DNA of 64,000 nucleotides from Candidatus Omnitrophota bacterium (GCA_023247255.1 JAHFGV010000005.1:6067-70066); one strand, 5' to 3'. Numbered from the stretch's first letter, positions 9,426 to 21,134 are shown. Numbers and translations are program-made. The notes: generated by a model from the letters alone, not told the origin.

Positions 9426-9445
9426 CCCCCCACCTGTGGGGGATC

Positions 9446-9676
9446 ATGCGTGCCGATTGGTCGACTTGGGCCCAGCAAGCGGGATTGTTGACGTCCATTC
9501 CCTTTGTATTGCTAGTCGGTCCCGCGATCGGCTACTCTCTCGGTGCTGCCTTAGATCATCGATGGCCCTATACTCCTTGTGGATTGGTGGGAGGAATTGT
9601 CTTAGGATTTCTCGCAAGTGGTAAGGTAACGATTCAATTGATTCGTCAGGCGCAGAAACTCAATCGCAATGGGTGA
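9446..9676 (+). CDS. AtpZ-like small membrane protein at the head of the ATP synthase operon
   Basis: 76 aa, two predicted TM helices, immediately upstream of atpI/atpB. Confidence 0.5.
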   Translation: MRADWSTWAQQAGLLTSIPFVLLVGPAIGYSLGAALDHRWPYTPCGLVGGIVLGFLASGKVTIQLIRQAQKLNRNG

Positions 9677-10073
9677 CGCATTCATTCGACGACTGTGGCG
9701 CTTGGGCAGTACCCTCTTGTTAGTCAGTGGAGGGCTTGCCGGTTCTTTTTACGGTATTCGGGGTGCGCTCGGTGTGCTCTCAGGAGGGTTCTGGAATTTA
9801 ATCAACCTCTGGTGCCTTCAGAATTTGCTCAACGCTTGGTTAGGCACTACGCGCTCTACCCGTCGAGTTGTGGGGTGGATAGTGCTTAAGTTCTTATTCC
9901 TCTATGGGCTCGTAGTGCTCCTGTTGCGCCATCCAGCCATTTCCCTCATGGGGTTTGGTATTGGGTTTACTATTATATTGATCAGCGCCATCGGTATCTT
10001 TGCGGTCCAAGCAAGGGGTTTGATTGTCACTGTTTCCCAAGCAGGTCCCGGTGCAGTCCGTGGCTATCGCTGA
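9669..10073 (+). CDS. atpI: ATP synthase protein I (AtpI-like)
   Basis: 134 aa hydrophobic protein between atpZ-like and atpB. Confidence 0.5.
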   Translation: MGDAFIRRLWRLGSTLLLVSGGLAGSFYGIRGALGVLSGGFWNLINLWCLQNLLNAWLGTTRSTRRVVGWIVLKFLFLYGLVVLLLRHPAISLMGFGIGFTIILISAIGIFAVQARGLIVTVSQAGPGAVRGYR

Positions 10074-10076
10074 AAA

Positions 10077-10928
10077 TTGACAGATATGATCGCTGAAGCC
10101 CTCGAACGCGCTTCCCACCCAGTCGAACAAGCGACCGCGCATGCGGCAGCGTCCGCTGGATCTCACGGGACAGAGATTCCGGAACTCGCTAACTGGATCA
10201 GTCTGATAAATCATCGCCTTGCTGACTCAGCCTTTGTTGCGTGGCTTCATCACTGGGAGGATTTAGCTTTTTCACTGTTGGTGGGTCTTATGCTTTGTGC
10301 CATCAGTTGGCTCTATGCGAGAAAACCCTCAATGGTACCGCGGGGCCCGCAAAACCTCCTGGAGCTTTTAGTCGAAAGTATCGACCAATCTGTGCAAGGT
10401 ATCCTGGGTAAGGCAGGACGGCGCTACACACCCTTTATCGGCACGCTGTTTCTATACATCTTGCTTATGAACCTGTCTGTGTTGATTCCTGGTATGAAAT
10501 CCGCAACGTCCCGATTGAACACAACGCTTGGGTTGGCTCTGGTTGTTTTCTGCCACGTGCAGTGGATTGGCATAAAATCCAGAGGGTTCCTTAAGTATCT
10601 CGATCATCTGGCCGGCTCGCCACGAGATGCCGTTGGCTGGACGCTGATACCCCTGATGTTTCCGATCCATCTGTTGGGTGAGATCGTCAAGCCCATGAGC
10701 CTGAGCTTGCGACTCGGCTTCAATGTTTTTGCGGAAGATGTGCTGTTGGCGGTCCTGGTGGGTTTGGGGCTCTCGGCAGGCTTGTTACTCCATTTGCCCG
10801 TTGGCCTGCCGCTTCAGACGTTTGTTGTCCCTTTGGTTTTGATCTTTAGTACGGTGCAGGCTCTGGTATTCAGCCTGCTGAGTACAATTTACATCGCACT
10901 TTTGTTACCTCACGAAGCGCATCATTAG
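10077..10928 (+). CDS. atpB: F0F1 ATP synthase subunit a
   Basis: 283 aa. C-terminal LSLRLGFNVFAEDVLL typical of subunit a. N-terminal extension, so the start is uncertain. Confidence 0.85.
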   Translation: MTDMIAEALERASHPVEQATAHAAASAGSHGTEIPELANWISLINHRLADSAFVAWLHHWEDLAFSLLVGLMLCAISWLYARKPSMVPRGPQNLLELLVESIDQSVQGILGKAGRRYTPFIGTLFLYILLMNLSVLIPGMKSATSRLNTTLGLALVVFCHVQWIGIKSRGFLKYLDHLAGSPRDAVGWTLIPLMFPIHLLGEIVKPMSLSLRLGFNVFAEDVLLAVLVGLGLSAGLLLHLPVGLPLQTFVVPLVLIFSTVQALVFSLLSTIYIALLLPHEAHH

Positions 10929-10956
10929 TACACTAGAAACAAGGAGGAGAATCGCT

Positions 10957-11199
10957 ATGCCACAGACGTATCAAGCGATGTTGGCACTCACTGTGCCGTT
11001 AGCCTTAGGGTTAGCCGCGATGGCCTCGGCGTTCGGCTTGGGCCGAGCAGTGAGTGCTGCCATGGAAGCCATTGCGCGTCAGCCAGAAGCCGGTGGACAG
11101 ATCCAAACCACTATGATCATCGGCTGCGCCCTCATCGAAGCGTTGACGATCTATGTTCTTGTCATCGCCTTCGTCCTTCAAGGCAAGATTACCGTCTAG
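10957..11199 (+). CDS. atpE: F0F1 ATP synthase subunit c
   Basis: 80 aa. GLGRAVSAAMEAIARQPEA...IEALTIY. Confidence 0.9.
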   Translation: MPQTYQAMLALTVPLALGLAAMASAFGLGRAVSAAMEAIARQPEAGGQIQTTMIIGCALIEALTIYVLVIAFVLQGKITV

Positions 11200-11260
11200 A
11201 AAACTGCCTGTTTGTATGCTTTCCAGTCACTGGTCACTGACCACGGATCTCTGAATTTCG

Positions 11261-11773
11261 ATGCCTCCTATTCTGCAACTGGACGTCCAGCAGATTATTT
11301 CACAGGCCATCAGCTTTCTAATCCTGCTGTGGGTGCTTAAGCGTTTTGCCTGGCGTCCGCTGCTTTCGATGCTCGATCAGCGTCGGGAGCGTATCGATCA
11401 GGACTTAGCGCAGGCGGCGGCCAAGAAAGAAGAGCTGACGCGCCTTGAGGAAGACTACCGCAAGCGCTTGGCGGCGATCGACCAGGAAGCCCGGCTAAAG
11501 ATTCAGGAAGCTGTTCAGGAAGGCAAACAGGTGGCTATGGAGATTCAAGGACAGGCGCGTGTTGCGGCTCAAAACATCCTGGCGAAAGCCCAGGAAACGG
11601 TAGAGATGGAACTCTCCAAGGCTAAAGTTACATTGAGGGATCAAGTGGTTGAGATGACTTTAGAGGCGCTCGAACGCATGCTGCGCAAAAAACTCGACGC
11701 CCAGACGGATCGTCTGCTCATCGAAGCGTCCCTCGAAGAGCTGGAGCAGCAACAATCCACGAAGACTTCGTGA
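11261..11773 (+). CDS. atpF: F0F1 ATP synthase subunit b
   Basis: N-terminal TM helix followed by a long coiled-coil, 170 aa. Confidence 0.8.
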   Translation: MPPILQLDVQQIISQAISFLILLWVLKRFAWRPLLSMLDQRRERIDQDLAQAAAKKEELTRLEEDYRKRLAAIDQEARLKIQEAVQEGKQVAMEIQGQARVAAQNILAKAQETVEMELSKAKVTLRDQVVEMTLEALERMLRKKLDAQTDRLLIEASLEELEQQQSTKTS

Positions 11774-11780
11774 ATTGCCG

Positions 11781-11885
11781 ATTTTCGATTTTGGGCTGAG
11801 AGAATTTTCGATTGTAGATTTTAGATTGTCGATTGGAAAACACGACAAATCGACAATCGAAAATTGACAATCGACGATTCGTTGG
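11781..11885. repeat. Palindromic AATCGACAATCG repeat cluster (same family as 19266-19350)
   Basis: ttttcgattgtagattttagattgtcgattgg...aaatcgacaatcgaaaattgacaatcgacgattcg. Confidence 0.5.
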
Positions 11886-11940
11886 GCCTTAAGCCAAAAG
11901 CCTTGAGCAAACAGATATTTTCCGTAGCCTGCTAGTACGA

Positions 11941-12489
11941 ATGGTAATGAATCCCATCGCGAGTCGCTACGCCGAAGCCCTCTTAGAAGTATCCAAGGAT
12001 GCAGATGCGGTTGATGAGACGCTGGGGCAACTCCTCATCATCCGCCAGGCGCTTCAGGAACATCCCGATGCTCGGGGGCTGTTCTACAATCCTGACGTGA
12101 CGCCCAAGGAGAAAGTGGCGGTGTTGGATCGATCGGTGCAAGGTCAATGGACGGGCTTAGTGCGTTCCTTCATCCAAGTGGTCGCTTCCTTTAACCGCGC
12201 CGAATGCCTCGATGAGATCATTGAGGCTTTTGGGCAAGCGGTGGATGCTGCGCAGGGACGTCTGCGAGTCACCGTTCGCTCAGCGTCCGCGATTTCCGAA
12301 GAACTCCTGGAACGTTTGCGCCTGAGCTTGGCTAAGCGGGAAGGCAAGGAGATTCTCCTGCGCAGGGAACTGGACGCGCAGCTTATCGGAGGCTTGCAGA
12401 TCGTTTTGGATCATCGCGTCATCGATGGTTCGCTGCGTCGGCAGTTGACGGAGTTGCGCCAGCGTCTGCGTCGTGTGAGGGTCCACTAA
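11941..12489 (+). CDS. atpH: F0F1 ATP synthase subunit delta
   Basis: [13 protein letters not shown]-terminus typical of delta/OSCP, 182 aa. Confidence 0.8.
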   Translation: MVMNPIASRYAEALLEVSKDADAVDETLGQLLIIRQALQEHPDARGLFYNPDVTPKEKVAVLDRSVQGQWTGLVRSFIQVVASFNRAECLDEIIEAFGQAVDAAQGRLRVTVRSASAISEELLERLRLSLAKREGKEILLRRELDAQLIGGLQIVLDHRVIDGSLRRQLTELRQRLRRVRVH

Positions 12490-12493
12490 GAAA

Positions 12494-14038
12494 ATGGCTC
12501 GATTACATCCTGAAGAAGTCTCACTTGCCTTAAAGCAAGAGATTGAACGTTACAAGAGCCAGGTGCGCTTAGATTCTGTTGGGCGCGTCATCCAGGTGGG
12601 GGATGGGATTGCCCGCATCTATGGCCTCGACGATGCGATGGCTGGGGAGCTTTTGGAATTTCCCGGGCAAACGATGGGGATGGTCTTCAACCTGGAAGAA
12701 CATCACGTCGGCGCGGTCATCTTTGGATCCGACAGACACATCAAGGATGGGGATGGGGTTAAACGCACCAACCGCATCGCCTCTGTTCCGGTTGGAGCAG
12801 CCCTTTTGGGACGTGTGGTGGACGCCTTGGGCCGGCCGCTCGATGGGAAAGGGCCGATCGTCACCGATCATTTTCGCCCGATCGAGTCACGATCCCCCAA
12901 CGTGGTGCAGCGTCAGCCGGTCAAGGAACCAGTGCAGACGGGAATCCAGGCGATCGATGCGATGATTCCCATCGGCCGCGGCCAGCGTGAGCTCATCCTC
13001 GGGGACCGTCAGATCGGAAAGACTGCCATTCTCATCGATACCCTGCTCAACCAGAAGGGCAAAGACCTGTTCTGTATTTATGTCGCCATCGGCCAGAAGC
13101 TCTCCAGCGTCGTTGCCGTCGTGGAAACGCTCCAAAAATACGACGCCATGGATTACACGATCGTCGTCGTAGCGTCCGCGGAAGATCCCGCATCCCTGCA
13201 ATACCTCGCTCCCTATGCCGGCTGCGCGATGGGCGAGGAGTTTATGGCCGTCGGCAAACATGCCCTGTGCGTGTACGACGATCTTTCCAAGCACGCCCAG
13301 GCTTATCGGCAACTCTCCTTGCTTCTGCGTCGTCCTCCTGGCCGCGAGGCCTATCCGGGCGACGTCTTCTACCTCCACTCGCGTCTTTTGGAACGCGCGG
13401 CCAAGCTCCGCGAGGATCTGGGTGGGGGCAGCCTCACCGCCATTCCTGTGATCGAAACTCAGGCGGGTGACGTTTCAGCCTATATTCCAACCAACGTCAT
13501 TTCGATTACGGACGGGCAGATCTACCTCGAAGGGGATCTTTTCTACTCCGGCGTGCGTCCGGCCATCAACGTCGGGCTATCCGTCTCGCGTGTCGGGGGA
13601 AGCGCCCAGACAAAGGCCATGAAAAAAGTGGCCGGCCGTTTGCGTCTCAACCTGGCCCAGTACCGGGAACTGGTTGCATTCACGCAATTCGGCTCGGAAC
13701 TCGATCGAGCGACGCAAGCCCAACTGACGCGTGGGGAGCGAATGGTCGAGATCCTCAAGCAAGGCCAGTATGAGCCCATGAGCCTGGCGCATCAGGTGGC
13801 GATCATTTATGTCGGAGGCCAGGGTCATCTCGACGATATCCCCAAAGATCAGGTCAAGCCATTCGAGGAGGCCTTCCACCGTTTTATCGACGAGCACTAC
13901 CCGGACGTCATTCATGAAATCGAAAAGACCAAAGACCTCTCCGAAACGATTGCCAAGCGCTTGGATGAGGCCGCCGTCAAATGCAAGCAACAATTTTTAT
14001 CAGCAATAGCAAATGGCTCGATGGCACATAGCAGATAG
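12494..14038 (+). CDS. atpA: F0F1 ATP synthase subunit alpha
   Basis: P-loop GDRQIGKT. 514 aa. Confidence 0.95.
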   Translation: MARLHPEEVSLALKQEIERYKSQVRLDSVGRVIQVGDGIARIYGLDDAMAGELLEFPGQTMGMVFNLEEHHVGAVIFGSDRHIKDGDGVKRTNRIASVPVGAALLGRVVDALGRPLDGKGPIVTDHFRPIESRSPNVVQRQPVKEPVQTGIQAIDAMIPIGRGQRELILGDRQIGKTAILIDTLLNQKGKDLFCIYVAIGQKLSSVVAVVETLQKYDAMDYTIVVVASAEDPASLQYLAPYAGCAMGEEFMAVGKHALCVYDDLSKHAQAYRQLSLLLRRPPGREAYPGDVFYLHSRLLERAAKLREDLGGGSLTAIPVIETQAGDVSAYIPTNVISITDGQIYLEGDLFYSGVRPAINVGLSVSRVGGSAQTKAMKKVAGRLRLNLAQYRELVAFTQFGSELDRATQAQLTRGERMVEILKQGQYEPMSLAHQVAIIYVGGQGHLDDIPKDQVKPFEEAFHRFIDEHYPDVIHEIEKTKDLSETIAKRLDEAAVKCKQQFLSAIANGSMAHSR

Positions 14039-14160
14039 TAAAGAGCAAAGAATCCGCGCAACACTTATGGCACAAGAAAAGAGAATTCACGAACGACGTA
14101 CTTTTCTTTGCTATTTGCTATCGAGCTATCTGCTAAGTGCTGTGTGTTGATTGGTGGATT

Positions 14161-15060
14161 ATGGCTTCCTTGCGTCAACTCCGGCAACGCATCAAGAGCG
14201 TTCAAAATAGCTCGCAGATCATGCGGGCGATGCAATTGGTTTCCGCCTCAAAGCTCAAGCGCACGCAGGTGAAACTCCTTCGCTCTCGCGAGGTTATGCA
14301 GTTTCTCGATGATCTACTCCAGCGCGTACTGGCGGCATCTGCCGATCTGTCGCACCCTTTATGCGTCTCGCGCAAGGAAGGCCCTTGTGCCCTGGTTCTG
14401 TTTACATCGGACGCCGGCTTGAGCGGCTCTTACAACACCCGTCTGATTCAATTAGCCGAGGCGCACTTAAGGCGGGACAGTCTATCTCCGACGCAGCTTT
14501 ATTTCATCGGAAAGAAAGGCTACCGTTATTTCACCAAGCGAGGCTTTGCAGCTACGCAGGCCTATACGGATTTGGCGGGCCGGTTTGAGCCGAAAAAGAC
14601 TCTACCCATCGCCCAGGATTTGATGGACCGTTTTCTTTCCGGAAAACTCGCCGCCATCGAGTTCCTCTACTGCCGATTTGTCTCCGCCGCCGTTTATCAT
14701 CCGACTATCGTTTCATGGCTTCCCATCCAATTCAGCAGACAGCACGTAGCAGACAGCACACAGAAAATCAGCAATCAGCGCTCAACGATCAGTGAACCGA
14801 CGGAGTATATCTTCGAGCCATCCCCTCAAGCCATCTTTGAGGATTTGCTGCCGCGCTGGGCGATGGCTAAGTTTCAATGTATTCTGCTTGAGGCTTTTAC
14901 CTCCGAGCACAGCGCCCGCATGATCGCCATGAAAAACGCCACGGAAAACGCGCAAGAAATCCTCAAGACCCTGACGATGCAGCGCAACAAAATCCGCCAA
15001 GCATCCATCACCAAGGAACTGAGCGAAATCGTCGGCACCGCGGAAGCCCTCAAGGAGTGA
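14161..15060 (+). CDS. atpG: F0F1 ATP synthase subunit gamma; start at ATG 14161
   Basis: MASLRQLRQRIKSVQNSSQIMRAMQLVSASKL typical gamma N-terminus. Confidence 0.9.
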   Translation: MASLRQLRQRIKSVQNSSQIMRAMQLVSASKLKRTQVKLLRSREVMQFLDDLLQRVLAASADLSHPLCVSRKEGPCALVLFTSDAGLSGSYNTRLIQLAEAHLRRDSLSPTQLYFIGKKGYRYFTKRGFAATQAYTDLAGRFEPKKTLPIAQDLMDRFLSGKLAAIEFLYCRFVSAAVYHPTIVSWLPIQFSRQHVADSTQKISNQRSTISEPTEYIFEPSPQAIFEDLLPRWAMAKFQCILLEAFTSEHSARMIAMKNATENAQEILKTLTMQRNKIRQASITKELSEIVGTAEALKE

Positions 15061-15131
15061 GCCGTTGACAGGCGTCAAGAAGCAAGGTATCCTTTTTTAT
15101 GGATTATCCAGAAGAAAGGAGGTGCGGTACG

Positions 15132-15392
15132 ATGACCAAGGGACTGGTGGCGCCGATATCCTCCAAGGGGCAGGTGACACTCCCAAAAGGTGTGCGCGAG
15201 CTCCTTCACGTAGAGCGTGGCGACTATATCCGCTTTGAGCCAAAGGTTGACGGAGTATGGGTCACAAAAATCCGGCTTGAGCCAGAGGGGTTCTCTGAGA
15301 ATGAGTGGAAGACCCTTGAGCGTTTAGCGCGTCAGAAAGGTAAGCGATACACCGATGCAAAGGCCTTTCTCAAAGATCTCGAAGCGCTCTGA
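15132..15392 (+). CDS. AbrB/MazE/SpoVT-fold antitoxin
   Basis: RBS gaaaggagg before ATG 15132. SSKGQVTLPKGVRE swapped-hairpin motif. Confidence 0.7.
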   Translation: MTKGLVAPISSKGQVTLPKGVRELLHVERGDYIRFEPKVDGVWVTKIRLEPEGFSENEWKTLERLARQKGKRYTDAKAFLKDLEAL

Positions 15393-15401
15393 TGCGTTCT
15401 G

Positions 15402-15680
15402 ATGCGTTATGAGCGCAAGCCATCCTTTAGCCGGTCTCTGCGACGTTTGCCCCCTGATCGGAAGGTACGCATCAAAGATGCGATTCGCAACCTTGTGATC
15501 TTCCTCGAAACCAAACAGCAGCCGCATGGGCTTGGCTTAAAACGTCTGCGAGCAGACTACTGGCAGGTGCGGGCAGGATTGGGGGATCGGGTTATCTTCC
15601 GACTGGTCGATGACCTCATTGAGTTTGTGATTGTTGGGAGTCATGATGAGATCCAACGGTTTCTACGTCATTCCGTTTGA
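15402..15680 (+). CDS. RelE/ParE-superfamily type II toxin
   Basis: 92 aa. KRLRADYWQVRAGLGDRVIFRLVDDLIEFVIVGSHDE matches the RelE/ParE core pattern. Sits directly after the antitoxin. Confidence 0.7.
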   Translation: MRYERKPSFSRSLRRLPPDRKVRIKDAIRNLVIFLETKQQPHGLGLKRLRADYWQVRAGLGDRVIFRLVDDLIEFVIVGSHDEIQRFLRHSV

Positions 15681-15711
15681 ATCGTCGGCACGGCCGAGGC
15701 CCTCAAGTGAC
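15681..15711 (+). repeat. Imperfect direct repeat of the atpG 3' end (15030-15060), marking the insertion boundary of the toxin-antitoxin cassette
   Basis: aatcgtcggcacggccgaggccctcaagtga versus aatcgtcggcaccgcggaagccctcaaggagtga. Confidence 0.55.
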
Positions 15712-15715
15712 ATGA

Positions 15716-17239
<1,524 letters not shown>

Positions 17240-17320
17240 CCCCACCCCCTGTCTGCGTGCTGAAGGCACGCCACGTTGTACAGGATCCCCAGGCTGCTGA
17301 TCAGTGAAGAGAGTCAATCC

Positions 17321-17611
17321 ATGACGATGACATTGCGGGTGCTGACGCCGGAAGGCCTCTACATGAAAGAGGAAGCTACAGCCATCCGTGCGCCCGGCAC
17401 TTTGGGTTACCTCGGTGTTCTCCGAAATCACGCGCCGCTGGTCACTACCATTCAACCGGGCAAACTCACCTGGAAGACAACCACCGGAGAGTCTCACGGG
17501 TTGCTCCTCGAGAGCGGTCTGATGGAAGTGATGCGCAACCAGGTGACCCTTCTCGTCGATCGTGTGCGGCCATTCGATTCATCAAAGACCCGCAGCGGGG
17601 CAACGCCATGA
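17321..17611 (+). CDS. atpC: F0F1 ATP synthase subunit epsilon, short form of about 96 aa
   Basis: ATG 17321. N-terminal beta-sandwich-like sequence. Appears to lack the usual C-terminal helical hairpin. Confidence 0.75.
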   Translation: MTMTLRVLTPEGLYMKEEATAIRAPGTLGYLGVLRNHAPLVTTIQPGKLTWKTTTGESHGLLLESGLMEVMRNQVTLLVDRVRPFDSSKTRSGATP

Positions 17612-19023
17612 GCAGCGACTGGATTTCCGCCAAGCGAGACTGGATCGGGTACGCCCTTTGCGTCGGGCTCACGCCTGTTTTGCTTTCCCGCCTCGGGCTG
17701 ACGGGGAGGCAAGTCATCGCCGTGGGTGGCTTCTGCACCATCCTGTATGGAGCGATCTTTTTTTGGAAGTGGCGGCTGGCCTTCGCGTGCTTCGGCATCA
17801 GTTTCCTTCTGAGTTTGGGCCTATTGGATGTGCCGCATCTGGTTGAGTTCGCCGGGCTAGACATCATCCTATTTCTCATCGCGATGATGACCGTTATCGG
17901 TTTCTTGGAAGAGAAACATTTTTTCGAGTTCGTGATCGATCGCCTCTTGCTTCTCATCGGCCCGCACCCGAAGCGCATCATGGTGGTGATGATGGTGATG
18001 GCCGCTGTTTCTGCTGCCCTGGTGGATGAGGTCACCTCGATTCTCTTCATGGTCGCGGCGATGCTCAATCTGCTCGGCCGTGCGAAGATCAATCCTGCCC
18101 CGTTTATTCTCATGCTCGTCTTCACGACCAACGTCGGATCCAGCGCAACCGTCGTGGGCAATCCGGTCGGTGTCATCATCGCGCTTCGCAGCGGGCTTAC
18201 CTTCATGGATTTTCTCCGATGGGCAACACCGATCTCTGCACTCTGTCTGGCGTTGACCATCTATCTGTGTCTGCGCCTTTTTAAGCGGGACATCAAAGCC
18301 CTCAAGACGGTCCTGGCCGGCCCCAGAGGGGAGCGTCGGCTCGAAGCGATCGTTGAGGAAGAACATCTCACCAAGCGAGGCGTGCGGCAAGCCGGTTGGT
18401 TGTTTGGGTCGGTAATCGTTGGGCTGGTTCTTCATCATCCTCTGGAGTATCTGTTGCATCTTCCGAACAACACCATGCTTTTGGGAGTTGCCCTCATCGG
18501 TGCAGGGATAGCCCTTGGCCTAATCGGCGACAAAGCCAGGGATCTCGTCGAAAAGCGGGTGGACTGGTGGACGCTTACTTTCTTTATCTTTCTATTTGCC
18601 TCGGTGGGGACACTCAAACAGACTGGTGTCACCAGTGTTATTGCCCGCAGCATCATCGAGCTTTCAGGGGGAAGCATCGCTGTGTTGACGAGTCTGTTTG
18701 CGTGGAGCTCGGGTATTCTTACCTCGGTGATGGACAACGTTCTTGCCGTCGCCACCTTCGTGCCGATTATCAGCGACGTTTCCCAGCAGGGGATTCAAAC
18801 CTTTCCCCTCTGGTGGGCGATGCTGATGGGAGGGACCTTGATGGGAAACGCGACGCTGATTGGTTCAACCGCCAATATCGTGGCTGTAGGGGTCATGGAG
18901 CGTCGAAAGCTCGGGGAAATTACCTTTGCGCAGTGGTTAGGCCCTGGCATGCTCATCGGCATCGCGACACTCCTTCTGGCTAACCTCCTTGTACTTGCGC
19001 AACTTCCGATCATGCCGCAGTGA
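17608..19023 (+). CDS. ArsB/NhaD/CitMHS-superfamily permease (ion or anion transporter)
   Basis: 471 aa polytopic membrane protein with a duplicated-halves pattern typical of this superfamily. Confidence 0.65.
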   Translation: MSSDWISAKRDWIGYALCVGLTPVLLSRLGLTGRQVIAVGGFCTILYGAIFFWKWRLAFACFGISFLLSLGLLDVPHLVEFAGLDIILFLIAMMTVIGFLEEKHFFEFVIDRLLLLIGPHPKRIMVVMMVMAAVSAALVDEVTSILFMVAAMLNLLGRAKINPAPFILMLVFTTNVGSSATVVGNPVGVIIALRSGLTFMDFLRWATPISALCLALTIYLCLRLFKRDIKALKTVLAGPRGERRLEAIVEEEHLTKRGVRQAGWLFGSVIVGLVLHHPLEYLLHLPNNTMLLGVALIGAGIALGLIGDKARDLVEKRVDWWTLTFFIFLFASVGTLKQTGVTSVIARSIIELSGGSIAVLTSLFAWSSGILTSVMDNVLAVATFVPIISDVSQQGIQTFPLWWAMLMGGTLMGNATLIGSTANIVAVGVMERRKLGEITFAQWLGPGMLIGIATLLLANLLVLAQLPIMPQ

Positions 19024-19139
19024 CCTGTAGCGCCCACGTCTTTAGTGACGCCGTCTCACACGCCGTCTCTCTAAGTTTGGTTCCATCGCCCACAGCAGGT
19101 ATAATAAAAACTCGTTAACGGCTTTAATCTTAACGCTTC

Positions 19140-19213
19140 GGGCGGTTAGCTCAGTTGGTTAGAGCGTCTGATTTACATTCAGAAGGTCGGGGGTTCGAGT
19201 CCTCCACCGCCCA
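19140..19213 (+). tRNA. tRNA-Val (anticodon TAC)
   Basis: Manual cloverleaf: acceptor GGGCGGT/ACCGCCC, D arm GCTC-AGTTGGTTA-GAGC, anticodon arm TCTGA-TTTACAT-TCAGA, T arm GGGGG-TTCGAGT-CCTCC. Confidence 0.85.
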
Positions 19214-19265
19214 GGTTTTTAACCTCCTGGTGTGGAGGATTCGAAGGGAGCCGAGCCTTCGGTCA

Positions 19266-19350
19266 ATCAAGAGAGCCGAGGGAATTGTCGATTGACGATT
19301 GTCGATTTTTGATTGAACGGCCGTCTTCCAATCGACAATCCAAAATCGAC
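19266..19350. repeat. Palindromic AATCGACAATCG repeat cluster (same family as 11781-11885)
   Basis: attgtcgattgacgattgtcgatttttgattg...caatcgacaatccaaaatcgacaatcgaaaatt. Confidence 0.45.
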
Positions 19351-19434
19351 AATCGAAAATTCCCAGGCTGTTTCATGATTCCTTAGGCGAGGCGGATGGC
19401 CGACCGGAACGAGCCGAAGGCGAGTGAAGGCGCC

Positions 19435-19450
19435 GAGTCCTCCACCGCCC
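19435..19450 (+). repeat. 16-nt direct repeat of the tRNA-Val 3' end (att-like remnant)
   Basis: gagtcctccaccgccc is identical to 19197-19212. Confidence 0.5.
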
Positions 19451-19516
19451 GTATAAATTTTGCTTCGAAATGTGAGTGACCCGTTCATTAGTTTTATAGA
19501 TAAAGGACATTAGGAT

Positions 19517-20803
19517 ATGTGTGCGCGACTTGTTTTATTCGTTATTAGTCTGCTCCTCGGTTGGTTCAGTAGTCACAGGTTTTGTGCCGCTCAATCCCAA
19601 ACATCCGTTGCCCAAGATTCCAGCGGTTCGTACAACGCCGGGCTCACGCTGGTCGATGTTCCTTATCCGTCGGGGCGCGGTGAGGAAGCGATCATCACAA
19701 CGGCGGTGTGGTATCCGACCCGACAAGCCCAGGATGAATACGCCTATCGATTGACCCAAGACTATATCAGCCAAGTCGCACTGGATGCTCCGGTTGCTCC
19801 AGGAGAGCCTTATCCTTTGGTTATCTATATCCACGGTGGTTTCTCCTCCGGATTCGCCTCATCGTTTTTCACGGAGGAGCTGGCCCGTCACGGCTATGTG
19901 GTGGTGGCCCCGGATTATGTGGATACGATCCCACCGGATTATACGCAGTCCTTGGCCTTCAGCCGGATGCGCCAGGGAAAGACTGCCCGGAATATCCAGG
20001 TTCTCAAAGCCGCCAAGCAATGGGTGGCTGACATGAACGCGGATTCAGATTTCTTTCTCTCTTATCTGGCGGCCCATCGGCTTCCGCAGACCTCGTTTAT
20101 CATCGACTGGATGCTCAGGCAGAATGCTCAGTCTAGCTCGATGTTCTACCAGGCTGTTGATTCCCAGGCGATCGGAGCCATTGGCTGGTCTGAGGGAGGC
20201 GTGACTATTTTGGCAAAGATTGGAGCCCATCCCGATCCATCCGTTCAGGATTCCAGGATCCGCGCAGCCCTGTTACTTTCATCTCCCGCCTTTCCGGATC
20301 GGTTTCAGCGGATTCGCATTCCCATCATGCTCATGGCTGGAGACGATGATGCTCCGGCAGTTCACCCTGAGAATCCCAGGCGTTTGATTGTTGACCAAGC
20401 GCCGGCGCAGAAATATCACCTCGTCCTTAAAGACACGAACCACTTTGATTTTGGTAACCGCGTCTGTGGCAACACCCCGTTGTATCTAGCCGTTACCCAA
20501 AAACCCAAGGCTCGGGTGATTTTCCAGTATGGGTATACCTTTTTTCAAAAACATCTACGTGGGGATTCCTCAGCCGACCGACGATTGACGCAAGCGGATT
20601 CTCTTTTAGCGTATTATCTATACGACACGAATCCTGCGGCCGAAGGGGTGGTTGAATTTGGAAAGGAGCCAGTATCCTCGGGCCGATCTTTAGGATTGGG
20701 TCATCGATTGCGTCAGCGGTCTGGATCGCAAGAGCAAGGTGGGGGAGGATCCAGCCGGCCGCTACGTCAGTTATTTCAGCGCTTGCGCAATCGCTCCGAA
20801 TAA
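19517..20803 (+). CDS. Secreted alpha/beta-hydrolase (dienelactone hydrolase / PAF-acetylhydrolase-like)
   Basis: Signal peptide. GWSEGG nucleophile elbow (GxSxG). 428 aa. Confidence 0.6.
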   Translation: MCARLVLFVISLLLGWFSSHRFCAAQSQTSVAQDSSGSYNAGLTLVDVPYPSGRGEEAIITTAVWYPTRQAQDEYAYRLTQDYISQVALDAPVAPGEPYPLVIYIHGGFSSGFASSFFTEELARHGYVVVAPDYVDTIPPDYTQSLAFSRMRQGKTARNIQVLKAAKQWVADMNADSDFFLSYLAAHRLPQTSFIIDWMLRQNAQSSSMFYQAVDSQAIGAIGWSEGGVTILAKIGAHPDPSVQDSRIRAALLLSSPAFPDRFQRIRIPIMLMAGDDDAPAVHPENPRRLIVDQAPAQKYHLVLKDTNHFDFGNRVCGNTPLYLAVTQKPKARVIFQYGYTFFQKHLRGDSSADRRLTQADSLLAYYLYDTNPAAEGVVEFGKEPVSSGRSLGLGHRLRQRSGSQEQGGGGSSRPLRQLFQRLRNRSE

Positions 20804-21067
20804 ATTTCGCTGCGCGAATCTATCAGTACCGAACACGTTCAAACCGAGGTGGACGGAAGCTGCGATTCACGATACTATCGTCACTCCGACTGAAATCAGA
20901 GATTTTCTCCGTTACGCGTTTCGCATTGCACGGTTTTTCAGGAGGCGCAGCTCAATGGGTTAGGCGTAGCCCCCGCAGCTTTGATCTGTCCCTAGAAATC
21001 GCGAAGCGATTTCAGGGATCAAATCCGAAATGCTTTGCATTCCATGGGACGAAGCAAATCAGTGGGA

Positions 21068-21106
21068 GGTGGCGGCCTATCGAGCCGTAGGTTGCGGGTT
21101 AGAGCC
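21068..21106 (+). repeat. Partial copy of tRNA-Asp (anticodon arm to T arm) - att-type duplication for the downstream inserted segment
   Basis: ggtggcggcctatcgagccgtaggttgcgggttagagcc versus tRNA-Asp agtggcggcctgtcgagccgtaggttgcgggttcgagcc (3 mismatches). A weaker tRNA-5'-like fragment lies at 20945-20974. Confidence 0.6.
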
Positions 21107-21134
21107 AAGCAGACGGTGGTAAGTATTAGATCTG

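Noticed and set aside
9427-9443. GC hairpin ccccccacctgtggggg as an intrinsic terminator after nuoN
   Set aside because: It is not followed by a T-tract. More likely it belongs to the G/C foldback repeat family or is promoter-proximal structure.
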